DNA of 64,000 nucleotides from Dimorphilus gyrociliatus (Eukaryota; Animalia; Annelida), in the NCBI GenBank assembly GCA_904063045.1, contig CAJFCJ010000008.1, positions 1,116,001 through 1,180,000 on the forward strand. Reading direction: 5' to 3'. The notes under the pieces are model-generated. The model searched no databases, was not told where the DNA came from, and saw nothing but the letters and a program-made list of their open reading frames with translations. Position numbers and translations under genes: made by a program. Of this stretch, positions 1 through 11,305 are shown one piece after another. The stretch's first letter is position 1. Each line of letters begins with the position of its first letter.

Positions 1-49
1 AATCTTTGCAGTTCGCGTGCCTGTCAGCCAGAGGATTTTCATTCGCCCG

Positions 50-1921
50 ATGCGCTGCCCTGTGAAAATCGAACATTTTTCTTTTTTTTCTATAGCCACA
101 TCTATAGCCCTTTCCATATGGACTATGTGCGAAAAAAGTTGGCTTTTGGGATATAGTACTTCGGATAAAACAGGCTCGGATTTAGTATTTGCTAAATTGT
201 CTCCATGGTACTTGTGCGTAAAAGATTTAACGGAGACCATTTCTTGTTTTCGAATGTATGATTGGTACGATTCAAAACTTGGTAAGAAATCGAAACATAT
301 CTTGACTGTAAATCGTTACGTATAGTTTAAAGAATTAATAAATAATATAGGCTTATCTTGATTACAGCTGGCCTTACTGCAAATCAGCATTTGGAATATT
401 GGATAATCGGAGTTCTATTCATTACACTCATTCCTTCTGCCTTAGCGTCGTGCAAGTGCTCGTTTGTTAAACGATTTGACGAAGAGAGCAGAAGATTTTT
501 ATTCATTCTTTTAGCATTTTCATGTAAGTCTCTTTTGTACAACTATATTTGCCATTTTTCCACCGTTGTAAGTCGATTTATCAAATTCATGGTTGGTTGA
601 TGAAGCGTATTTGATAAAAGAAAGATTCTCCTCCATACGACTCATGCCTTGATATACCATTCAGTTTTCCTACTACTTTTTATACTCTTAAAAAACCATT
701 GTCTTTTCCTTTTAATTCAATATAGACCCTTCCAATCTCCTTCTCCCCTTTCCGTTATTGGAATCTTTCATTAAATCTCTGGACTTAGCTTTCTTTTGGT
801 TAATAGAAGACCTGCTAGCCAAGTTTAATTAGTGTTCGGAATCATTGTCCATCTTTAACGTTATAGGGAGGGAAAAAAACAACGTTTATATAGGCTTAAA
901 TAGGAAATTTTTGGACTGATTAAAAAGGCATCATTAAATATTGCAGTCGATTTATACGTTCAATTTTTTTCTCCGTCAAATCGATCTTCGATTTGACGTT
1001 TTTTTTCAAACGATTAGAGATGGAAATTGCGTTTTTTCCGATGGACGAAAGAAAAAAGTGAATTCCGTGCGCATCGGTACAATAACGCCCGAAAGCCATA
1101 AAGGGAGTAGACGCCGCGGTGGATTAGAGCGGTTTGCTAGTGATAATTTGTGACGCCCGTAGCGCAGGAATGTTGCTGGCGGGAAATTAGACGATGGTCT
1201 GGGGCTTTTTCTAGAATCAACATATGGCATATAACGATAGTTTAAAATGTATAATGAGGCTTTCCCTCCCTTTGAAGTCCTGTGGGAAGCGTGATTACAA
1301 TATAAACTAATTCTTGACTGAAATGACGTCACAATTACAAGAGCCTTTTTCATTTCGTTGTAAACTTTTGAAGTTAGTTGTAAACGCTTTCCTAAGTATC
1401 GACGAATTCCATGATCAATATATTTATTCAATTAAGATACGTCCCTGATGATAAGACATACAAGATCCTCTATCCGTATTTCAATTATCCAGGGATATTT
1501 TAAATAGTAAGAACTCAGTTAGATCTGTAGGAGATCCTATCAAACAAAAGTCTTTTATCCCTATTGCCAAATAACTGATTACTTGTCCTATTTTTTCCAC
1601 ATAAATAAACAAATTATTTTCACTATCTCTTCAGCTCTCCTTACTTTGGCATCCATTATCGTATTCATCGTGACCTGTCAAAGAGGGGTTCAGGACCTAA
1701 CAACCGGAAAGAAGTTATCCAAAACCTTTAATTGGCCATTCTACATCCGTATTCTCGCGGGTCTCTTTTCCCTGGCCGCGCTCGTTTCTTGTCTAATCAA
1801 CGATATCCGATTGAGAAGACGTTCTGCCGATGAGAACGAATGCGACCCGGAAACGGTTACCTTTTTACAGGTAGAAGATGGAATTGACAAAGCGGAGTGT
1901 AACGAAACTGTACAATTATAA
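50..1921 (+). CDS. Claudin/PMP22/EMP-like tetraspan membrane protein; exons 50-281, 368-523, 1635-1921
   Basis: Exons join in frame through GT-AG phase-1 introns (G|GTAAG 281 to TACAG|368; T|GTAAG 523 to TTCAG|1635). The product has TM1 (FSFFSIATSIALSIW), a W...PWYLC...C first loop resembling the claudin W-GLW-C-C signature, TM2 (WIIGVLFITLIPSAL), TM3 (FLFILLAFSSLLTLASIIVFIV) and TM4 preceded by NWPFY (GWSFY-like). ATG 50 is a guess; the frame is open further upstream. Confidence 0.7.
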
Positions 1922-3010
1922 TTTATGTATACAACAATTAGCTGATCACACAGTTTGTGTATAGTTACTTATTAAAGAAGGAACACGATGAAAAATAAGA
2001 AAAGTTAAACTTTAATTAAATTTAGTAGAAGCACTATATACGTAAATATGTAATTCCATAACTACAATTGAAAAGTGCAAAGCTGAACAAACAAAAGAAA
2101 TAAAACAAAAAGTATAATTAAGTGTTTTGTAGTATAGTTCAATTACTCCCAACTATGGTACAGGAAATAGAAAGAAAGATCGGGTAGCTGGTTAACTGAA
2201 TAGTCTTTCTTTTGTTTTCTTTTTCCAATTCTTTTTAGACGATGACTTTATCATCAAAGTGTCATCGATATTTAATTATAGACGCCTACTTTTCTCAATC
2301 TGGTTCTAATTCAGAAAGATATTATGGAAGTTTCTCCCCTTGTTCATTTATATCCTTAAATCAGAGTAACTACTTCTACACAAGTGGGATAGTCTCTTTG
2401 AATAGTTCAAAGAAAAGAGGAGGCCATAACGAAAAGGAGTGGGGTTCTAATAAAATTTTTTCGCTTTTTGTCAAAACGCAACCTAGTGGACATAAAGGTA
2501 GCTACTTTTGACAACACAACGTCCGCGTATAATAATTTTATGGTTTCTCGTTACACGTGTTTCTAGTAAAAGATTCATCATTTTGTAACAACGCTGAAAA
2601 GAGTAGCTGTTTTTTTATAAGTTCAACGAACATTTGATCAATAAATAGCATTCAAACCGTAGTTGGATAGAGAATACAACAACATATCAATACATTTCAT
2701 ATAAATATATATGTATTTATTTCTTTTTTCTGGTTAAAACTACGAAAATCGATTTTCCCAGCATAATCTTTATTAGAAGAAAAAAAAAGGAGATCACTTC
2801 GGATTTTAGTGCTGGCTTTGACTGTTGCAATGTACTTTGAAAATTGTTTTTCATATACGTTGAAACTCTGGAGTGAAGGAATTCCAGCAAATGTTTTGTG
2901 AGTGCCTTTCTTTATTATTGATTTTTCTCTTTATATAATTTATATAACACTGTATTTCACTCCAAACATTAGAGAGAAGGCCAAAATCCTGTTTGTTTAA
3001 AAAAAATACA

Positions 3011-3013
<3 letters not shown>

Positions 3014-3048
<35 letters not shown>
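3014..3048. repeat. (TA)n microsatellite
   Basis: Direct reading of the sequence. Confidence 0.95.
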
Positions 3049-3053
<5 letters not shown>

Positions 3054-3146
3054 ATATATATATACAGTATACTTTTATTTATATCAGTTTTTTTATTCTA
3101 TATAGTAGCAGAAGACACGATAAAAGGATAGAATAAATATGCAGCT

Positions 3147-6001
3147 ATGACCTCTTTTCTGAAAAAGAGTCTTCCTTTCATTACCTCGTTTACTGGAGGA
3201 TTGATATTCTACAAAATATATAGTTTTATTAAAAATAAACGATTTGTTTCATTTATTGGTAAAGCAGTTTTCATTACGGGATGCGATACAGGGTTTGGTT
3301 ACTTATTAACCAAACAACTTGCAAAGATGGGCATCTTTGTCTTTGCTTCTTGCTATACGGATGCTGGTAAAAGAAAATTGGAAGAGGAATCTTTACCAGC
3401 TGTTATCCCAATTAAGGTGGATGTTAGAAATACTGCAACTATACAAGAGGCCTTTGAGATCGTATTGGCAACTGTCGAAGAAAAAGATTTAAGTAAGTAG
3501 TAGGACAGGATATTGTATAAATTATTGTTTAGTTAGGCCTATTCGAACCCTCTTTAAGTCTATTATAGCAATATTTGTAACTTGGTTACTAGGATTTAAC
3601 GGTAAACAAGTGTCAATCTTTGCCGAGAAATGACAAAGAATGGTGAAGTGTGCTCTTTCTGTGGTCAAGATGATAGAGAGGTAATTAGGATACTCGAATG
3701 TGGCCATCGTACTTGTCAGGATTGCTCGAAAACTCTAATAAGTATCGATAAGAGTGATGTTGTTATTTGCAAACTTTGCGTTGAGTCAGAGCAAGCTGAG
3801 GATGTAAATATAAATGTCGAATACATTAATCCCTTAAGAGCAAAAAGAGATAGGGAGGAAAAAGAGAAAGAAAAAGAAAATGAAAAAGAAAATGAAAAAG
3901 AGAAAGAAAAGAAAAGAGAAGACGAAGAACAAGAAAAAGAAAAGGAAAAAGAAAAAGAAAAGAAGGATAGAAAAGAAACAGAAAAACTGACCGAAAAACA
4001 AGAGGAAAAGAAAGAAAGCTTTAAAGAAATCGTCACTAAAGAGCAAGATAAAATTGAGAATAGTCAGGAAAGTCAGAAAGAAAACACTATTGAAATCGAT
4101 AAAGAAAATCCTAAGAGAAATGAAAGAAAAAAGAGTAGTTCTTCTGAATCAAGTTCAAGTAGTTCATCTTCTGACGATGAAGAGGAAGACAATGATCAAA
4201 GAAATTTATGCTCAGAATTAGTAGAAGAAATTGAGTTATCGAAGAATCAAATAATGGGTCTAACCTCTCTTCCGGATGAAGAAGGATTAATCTTAGTAAC
4301 AGATTCTGATATCGTATTATTGGATCTGACAGGAAAGGAAATTCATAAATTTCATTACCTAATTAATCACTCATACACTGGTGGTTTATGCCTATCTGAA
4401 GACGGAAATAGAATTCTTGTGGGTTTATCGAGTCCAAAATATACAGGTGTTGCATTTTACGAAAGAACAGGGAAATTTCGATATTCAGCTTTCATTAAAC
4501 ATCCGGGAGTCATAACAGCCGTTCAAACTTTTGATGACGGCCTAATAATATTAGATAGAGAGAAGAAAAGTATTTATCACCTAAATTCAGAGAAGAGAAT
4601 CATGGAAGAATTTCCCGGAGATAGGCGCCATCTAGCTGATTTGGTTCACTTAGCAATTGATTACCAATATCGTTTCTTAATCTTAGATCGACGTAATTGC
4701 ACAATCGAATGTATGAATGAGAAGGGTAAAGTTTTATTTAGCTTCGGTAGCCCTGAAAATCTCAATAATCCAATAAAAATATTAGCGGCTGAAGAAGATT
4801 TAATCTTAGTATTGGGGACGAATAAAATAACAGCTTTCAATTACGAAGGTCGATTTATCACCAATATATATCAGACTAAAACTCATGAATTTGTAGATTT
4901 TTGTAAATTGGCACCAAAGTTAATTGCCATACTAAGAAAAGATGGAAAAATAATTAAGATACGATATAATATCATGTACCAAAATTTTCGGAATACTGCA
5001 ATAAAAAGGAAGACAAATGGCAAAAAAGGACAAATAAATTCAACGAATAATCAATTAACTTTTACTCAAAAGAGTACATGCTGTTGTATATCTTAAAAAT
5101 GAAATAGAAATTTGTATACTAGGCCTAATTTAGTAATAATAAAAAAAATACTTATAGTTATTTGTTCTTTGTATGTGTTTTTTATACAGTTTTCTGGGCT
5201 ATTGTAAATAACGCTGGCGTTTCCACCGTTAATTCGCCGTTTGAATTCTATACGAGAGATGATTACGAAAATGTTTTCAATATAAACGTTTTCGGTATAG
5301 CCGAAGTCTCTAGAATATTCTTGCCTCTTTTGAAAATTTCACAAGGAAGAATAATAAATACAACAAGTGCTTCTGGTTTTCTTCCGCTACCTTCGGCAGC
5401 CGTTTACTCAACTAGCAAATACGCTGCCGAAGCTCTATCGGATATTATGAGGTTGAGATTAACAATAATATCGTTATCATCTATAGCAGCTAATTTAAAT
5501 AATTTGTCTAAATATAGAATAGAGGCAAGAAGATGGGGAATAAAGGTGTCCAAAATTCAACCTGGTCTTTTTAAAACGGATTGCCATAATTATGAACGTA
5601 TGAAAACACTTCGAAATAGACAATGGTCCCGTTTACCAGAAGCTATTCGATTAGAATACGGAAATAAGTTTTCGTATAGTTGTAAGTACTTTCTAAGATA
5701 GATTCCAAACGTATTTGCGGTTTTCTAATACTACATACTTATTTTTAAATTAGCTCTCAATATAGCTGAAAAGCAAATCGATACGAGAGCTTCGACTAAT
5801 TTACAATTAGTTATTGATGCCTACTTGAACGCTCTCTTCTCTATTCAACCCCATACCTCTTACATTATTGGATCGGATGCAAAATGGGTATTCTATCCTC
5901 TCTCATTTGTTCCACATTGCTTAAGGGATGTTATATTGAGTTTCATTAGTGCTCCTTTATTAAATAGGAGAAAATGGAATTTTAAAAAGAGAAAGAACTA
6001 A
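3147..6001 (+). CDS. Short-chain dehydrogenase/reductase, RDH/HSD17B6/BDH1-like (SDR9C-type); exons 3147-3492, 5190-5451, 5518-5681, 5754-6001
   Basis: Cofactor motif VFITGCDTGFG, NNAG, catalytic YSTSK, WGIKVSKIQPGLFKT, and C-terminal VIDAYLNAL...P..SYIIGSDAK. All four exons join in frame at GT-AG sites. Confidence 0.92.
3630..5096 (+). CDS. Intronless RING (C3HC4) + charged/Ser-rich linker + NHL-like beta-propeller protein (TRIM-NHL-like E3 ligase candidate), nested in SDR intron 1
   Basis: 488-aa ATG-to-stop ORF in about 70% AT DNA. Contains CSFC-x12-CGH-x2-C-x2-C-x14-CKLC, an E/K-rich coil, a poly-Ser/acidic patch and about six NHL-like repeats (e.g. HLAIDYQYRFLILDRRNCTIECMNEKGKVLFSFG, LNNPIKI). 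Ends in STCCCIS. Confidence 0.85.
   Translation: MTKNGEVCSFCGQDDREVIRILECGHRTCQDCSKTLISIDKSDVVICKLCVESEQAEDVNINVEYINPLRAKRDREEKEKEKENEKENEKEKEKKREDEEQEKEKEKEKEKKDRKETEKLTEKQEEKKESFKEIVTKEQDKIENSQESQKENTIEIDKENPKRNERKKSSSSESSSSSSSSDDEEEDNDQRNLCSELVEEIELSKNQIMGLTSLPDEEGLILVTDSDIVLLDLTGKEIHKFHYLINHSYTGGLCLSEDGNRILVGLSSPKYTGVAFYERTGKFRYSAFIKHPGVITAVQTFDDGLIILDREKKSIYHLNSEKRIMEEFPGDRRHLADLVHLAIDYQYRFLILDRRNCTIECMNEKGKVLFSFGSPENLNNPIKILAAEEDLILVLGTNKITAFNYEGRFITNIYQTKTHEFVDFCKLAPKLIAILRKDGKIIKIRYNIMYQNFRNTAIKRKTNGKKGQINSTNNQLTFTQKSTCCCIS
5138..5143 (+). terminator. Candidate polyadenylation signal (AATAAA) of the nested RING-NHL gene
   Basis: AATAAA 42 nt after the stop at 5096 and about 46 nt before the SDR exon-2 acceptor. 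AATAAA is frequent in AT-rich DNA, so this is weak evidence. Confidence 0.35.
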
Positions 6002-6380
6002 AAACAAAAATCATAAATTTCTTAAAGATATCAAATTTTAGTATAAATTCTATAATAAATAAATATATACATTCAAATAAATGCTGTGAATAAACAGCAA
6101 AAAAAAGAAAAGAATACAAAATTTGCAATTCTATACAGAAAAATCTAATTAATAGAAAATTAACCAATAAAAGTAGAATTCGATCATATTAATCACTTTT
6201 TATTTCATTTAAAAGTGAATGATTTATGAAAGATCAAAATTAGAAGGCAAAATGTTGAAAAATATTGAACAACAATACGATTAATGAACGAAATCTCTTA
6301 TGAAAAAAAAAGAAAAAAAAGGAATAAAAACAAAATTTATAATAAATCCTTTAATATATCTTTTTATTCTTTCGTTTCTT

Positions 6381-6417
<37 letters not shown>

Positions 6418-6740
6418 CGGTACTCTAAATCTTTGTATACTATATATATACCATATATATAAAATACTTCTTGTAAATATAAATAGCAATGAAAGAGCTG
6501 TTTCAAGTACTCGTGTCTTTCCTTCTCTATTCCTCTTTCTATGTATTTATAGATAATACTAGGAATAGATAAGAAATAGGAAATAAATAAAATATAGTAA
6601 GAAAGGAAAACAAAAAACAAAAAAAGTTGAATGGTTTTGTTTTTTTTACATATGTTTTGGGCAAAAATGAAAAAAATATGAAAAAGGACGGAATGAATAT
6701 ATTTATCTAAAAAATTGTTTTGAATAAGCTAGAATATTAA

Positions 6741-9099
6741 TTATCTTTTAATATCCAAGTTACTTGATTCGTTTATATTTTGATTGGATTTTATTGTTTC
6801 GCTGTCATTAGATTTGATATCATTGTATAGAGTTGTGTTAATAATGGAAGCTTGCGAAACTCCGGCGGTCGTTGTACACGGACTTACAGATGAGCTGGAG
6901 CTTCTATCAAATATATTTTTCTTGAATAGGCAACACCAATTTGACTTTTGTACGTTTTCCATTACATAATTCTCACTTAGTTCTGTTATTACTGATCTCC
7001 TCTTATGAAATTTCAATTGGAAATTATCCATAACACCCGCGTCTTTTCTCCTTTGTTGACGCTCTAATAATATATTACGTATTCTCATATAATTATGAAA
7101 GTGATTAAAATTCGAAGCAATTATAGGAATGGGTAATCCTGTTGCTAGGATACCACATATAGCACAAAGCGCACCAATTAAGTAACCTTGACTAGTGTTT
7201 GGCACAATATCACCATAGCCAACCGTTGTCATGGTTATTATGCACCACCAGAATCCAATTGGTATTGAAGTCACTTCGGATTTATCGTCTTCAAATTCGA
7301 AAAAGTATAAAAGAGTAGAAAAGACAAGCATACCCATGAAAATGAGCAAAAATAGTAAAACAAGTTCTTCTGCCGACTTTTTAAGAGCTAATTGCAATAA
7401 TTTAAGTCCTTTATGATGTCTGGCCATCTTTAGTAATCTGAATACTCGAAGTACACTGGCCACAAATAAGTAAGCTAATAAGGCAACGTAGGTGTTTGTT
7501 TTTAGTGAGAAGAATCTCCTCCATACGAACAAGCCCATCATCGGGAATACAGAGAGAATGTCTATAATATTCATAACTGATACGAAGAAACGTTTCTTAT
7601 TGGGGCAAACAGAAAATCTTATAACTAATTCGAAAAAGAAGAGAATAATACAACTTCCATCTGTATACAACAGAGCTGGATGACTATCCGTTGCAATTAA
7701 CATTCTCTTTTTTGGGTTTGTTTCATTAGCAACATCTGGAATTGATCCACTTCGTAGGGTTCTAAATTTTGGTACCGTTTCCATACATACAATAGCGATA
7801 GAAACTAATATCATTATGAAGTAAAATACAGCCCATAACTGAAAGAAAGAACGTAACATTTAAAATAGAATACTCAAAGTATAAGTTCACCTACATACCA
7901 TATATATAAATATGGAAGTATATGCTAATCTATATACAGTATATTATATATTGTTCTATAGCTAGTTTATTGGTATCTTATACGTAAAATACCGTTGAAC
8001 ACTCCTTACATATTAAATAAAATAATCTTTGCCACATAAGCAATAAACTTGTTTGAACGAGGGAAGAAAAGGACAGTATATACCGCTGATGAGTAAGAAG
8101 AAAGTTCATAAAAAATGTTCTTATATTATTGGAAAGTGGAACACTTAATTTGAATTAATACAATATATGGAATATTGTATTTATACTATTTAAAAATAAT
8201 ATACGGTTGTTCATATTACAAGTTCAGTATTATTTGAAAAGCCGATAAAATTGGAACAAATAGGTTGGTGGAAATATAATCAAATTGCAGTTTATTCATT
8301 CATATTTTTCGTATTTATATGATATATTAGGCTTAAAATTAAATTAAGAATATAATTAATTAAGAATCTATGACGTGTATTTTTTAATAATATAGAAGAA
8401 CTTCTTATGCAAATATTTGAATTGGTGTAAGTTGTACGGGGGTCCTTTAAGGGGCTTGATAATCAAAGAATAGTTAATATTTTAATATCTTGAAAGCTCA
8501 ATTACCAAATAGGCAAAGATTATTTACATATCTGAATCAGATTTCTTGAATGAATGAAAGTTGTGGATTTTTTTTCAAAGTGAAACGAAGGGCAGGGTAA
8601 ACTCAAGTAATGAATAAGATTAAAAAGAACTTATTGAGTTACTTACGCGAGCAGCTGCTGATGAATTGGGCTTTTCTAAGAATCTCCATAATCTATGCCT
8701 GAAGGAAAACTTTTCTTGTGGTGTATAACTTCCCTTTTCTGAATGAGATAGTGTTTTGTCTAGGATTTTTAAAGTTTCTTGTTCTTTGTCCCAATCTTTA
8801 TAGGCATTATAGCAGCAACTGGCAATGCAATGTTCTTCAATTTTCCAAAATAATAGTTCGGCTTTTATAGAGGATCCACATAAACAATGACTAAAATGCA
8901 ATTCACCAGATCTATAATAATCTAGTATAGATGAAAATAAATCTGGATTCCTATCAAAAAAGAATTCGTTTGTATCCTCGTTATAATTTGAATTGTCTTT
9001 CTGCAACGAAGACAATAATGAATTAGGAACAGATCTTAAAGTGCTCGCAAAAGTTTGAAATTTTCTCCCACCAACATTCAATTTTACTATTTCCTCCAT
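6741..9099 (-). CDS. Voltage-gated potassium channel alpha subunit, Shaw/Kv3-like (non-Shaker); exons 9099-8647 and 7838-6741, about 516 aa
   Basis: T1/BTB domain (KLNVGGRKF, EFFFDRNP, YYRSGELH) with the HX5CX20CC Zn motif of Shab/Shaw/Shal channels; S1-S6; pore TMTTVGYGD; S6 GLPIPIIASNF. Phase-0 intron CGC|GTAAGT ... TTTCAG|TTA. Confidence 0.93.
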
Positions 9100-9992
9100 T
9101 GCACTTAAACTAAGATTGAGATTTTAATAATTATGTTCAATATTCCCGAGTGAATCGCGCAATTTATAGCTGTATTAATCCGATTATTTCCTTTCTAAAT
9201 CTTGAGCATAAGAGTATCATAATACTCACACAAGTCCGCGGCAATTTTTCATTTTCTTTTTCTACTAATTTCTTTTGTCAATCAAGTTTTTTCAAGATTT
9301 TTGTTATCTATCTTTACTTTTCATTTATATAAATAAATTGAGATATATAGAAATATATAATAAATGTCTATGAAATAGTATATAACGCTATAATCTATGT
9401 CATATATATTTTTAACAACCAAACTAGTAGCAAGGTGAAATCCGTACTTCTTTATGATTCTGTAGTACACAACACTTTACTATTGAATAAAATGGGTAAT
9501 GGTCGACAACGGAAATTTAAATAACAACTCGTTGGGTTATATGGCAGAATTGTTAGTCCTATAAAACGGCCAATCAATTGAATAATCAATAATTGTAGTA
9601 ATAGATGAATAGAATGAGACGTTAGGTAAAATATTTTTTTCAGTTTTTAAGCGGTTAATAACCTTTTTGAAAGCTAAAAAAACACTGAAAATAGTATTTC
9701 AATCTTTATTTCTTTCTTTTTTTTGTTTTTTATAAAAAAAAATTGCATAAACTTTTAAACAAACTTTGAGAAGTTCGATTTGATATTGAATTAATTTTTC
9801 TTATTTTAATATAAATATTCAAAACTACTGAATAAATATTTTATTTAAATATTTGTCCTTTCTAAATTTTTGTCTATGGTTACTTGGCTTTGTATCTAAT
9901 GCTTGCCTAATTTTGAATAGTATGAACAGTATGTATTCCAATATATATATTTAAAAAGTCGTGTCGCAAATAGGGAATAAAATGTTGCTTAT

Positions 9993-11305
9993 TCACGATA
10001 GACAAAGTGAAATAAGTGAAAAGATAAGAATTAAGCTAGCGAGTAATTTATTATTGATTGTTGACGTAATTGCAGACGACTTCATAGTGGACGTTTCCTG
10101 AGGCGTTTCCGCTAAATAAAGAAAAAAAGTAAGAGTGAATGGTAATCAATAGTAGAGTTGAACGAAAAGTAAAGAACAACTGTTCTTCAACAGTCGGTAA
10201 CAGTCATTATTCGAATGAATCATTATGAGACATACCGCAAGTGAATTGTATACTCACTAGCTCTTGCTGTTGTTTCTTGAACTGTTAGAAATATATACAG
10301 TGCACGATATTCTTCAAATTTTCTTTTTAATACTCACTATATGAATCGCATGTCGAGGGAATGTCGTCAACGTTATCATTACATAAATCCTCCTTACAGT
10401 AGCAAAATTCATCCCTACCTCCTGTTAACGGTTGAGTGGCACATGATACCTTGTGAGCTTGCCAATCTTCAGTAAATGGTGAACATCCTCTATTAATTTC
10501 CTGAATGTCGTCTATTTCATAGTTTAATTTGCAACCTCGTTAATTATTCAACCTAATAAATCTATTATATTTATTACCCCCTTTCATAATCCGTCTAATA
10601 AAACATGAATCACAATTTTCAATAGCATCTTCAGCCGGAATCGTAAAATTATCACCATAACCACACTTTGGATTGAATGGACCTGAGGTTTGACCTTTTT
10701 TCCAAAAGCATTGATAGCATTTTACGGTTGTTGCCTCCTTATTCCGGTTCACTTCCTCAATTTGTAGGTTATTTGTCGTTGTTGTTGTATCGCAGACATT
10801 CGCTATATTACTATTATCCTTATTACAATAGTCGTTCTCACAATAGCAAAATTCTCTATGACCACCAACAAGTGGCTCGTGAGAACAATAATTTGCTTCT
10901 TTTTCCCATTCCTCATTTCCAAGATCAGTGATGCATCTTCGAACGATTTCATTTACTCTATCTAAAAATAGTATGTCAAATATCTTATACGGTTTAATTT
11001 AAAAAGTCTTTTATTTGTTTTTTAAGAGAAGGACTTACCGTCTTTTCTTAGTATACCCAAAGCACATTTTTCGCAGTTTGTCCCTACCGAAACATCACTC
11101 TGATTTTGTGGAATTGTAAATTCATTATCCCATCCACATCTCGCATCTCCAGTTGTATAATCGGCGTACCAATCGCAAGCAAAACAATTTATGCATTTAA
11201 CAATTTCAGCTGAAAAGAATCCAAATATTTTATTTATTAATATTAAAAATTGTAATGCAGACTCTTCAAAACAAATATAAGTAGAAATGTTAAAAATCTA
11301 AACAT
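9993..11305 (-). CDS. GPI-anchored two-domain Ly6/uPAR (three-finger, quiver-like) protein; 6 coding exons
   Basis: Signal peptide MFRFLTFLLIFVLK (11305-11263); two Cys-rich domains (CFACDW...RCGW...NCEKC...RRC...C...FCYC...YCN; CYQCFWKKG...KCGY...NCDSC...RGC...C...FCYC...LCN); a 24-nt mini-exon; hydrophobic C-terminus KLLASLILIFSLISLCLS-stop. Confidence 0.82.

Noticed and set aside
1-312. Stop-free minus-strand frame running off the window start
   Set aside because: It overlaps claudin-like exon 1, which has splice and motif support; most likely an antisense shadow.
3716-4046. Phe/Ser-rich minus-strand ORFs
   Set aside because: Antisense shadows of the GAA/AAA-rich linker of the RING-NHL gene.
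3630-5096. Calling the nested gene NHLRC1/malin (also intronless RING+NHL)
   Set aside because: Only the architecture is shared; I recognise no malin-specific sequence, and the charged linker and CaaX-like tail differ.
3534-5127. TAGGCCTA on both sides of the nested ORF as a possible retrocopy target-site duplication
   Set aside because: The A-rich tract lies outside the second copy, and (T)AGGCCT(A/T) recurs elsewhere in the window (about 20726, 30719, 36391, 57793), so chance is likely.
5452-5517. Apparent 22-aa insertion in the SDR (ORF 5162-5701 reads through)
   Set aside because: It is a stop-free 66-nt GT-AG intron; removing it restores the canonical R-x-E-x-x-x-WG-x-KV motif.
6284-6620. 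ORFs on both strands between the SDR and Kv genes
   Set aside because: Products of (CT)n and A/T-rich 3' UTR-like sequence.
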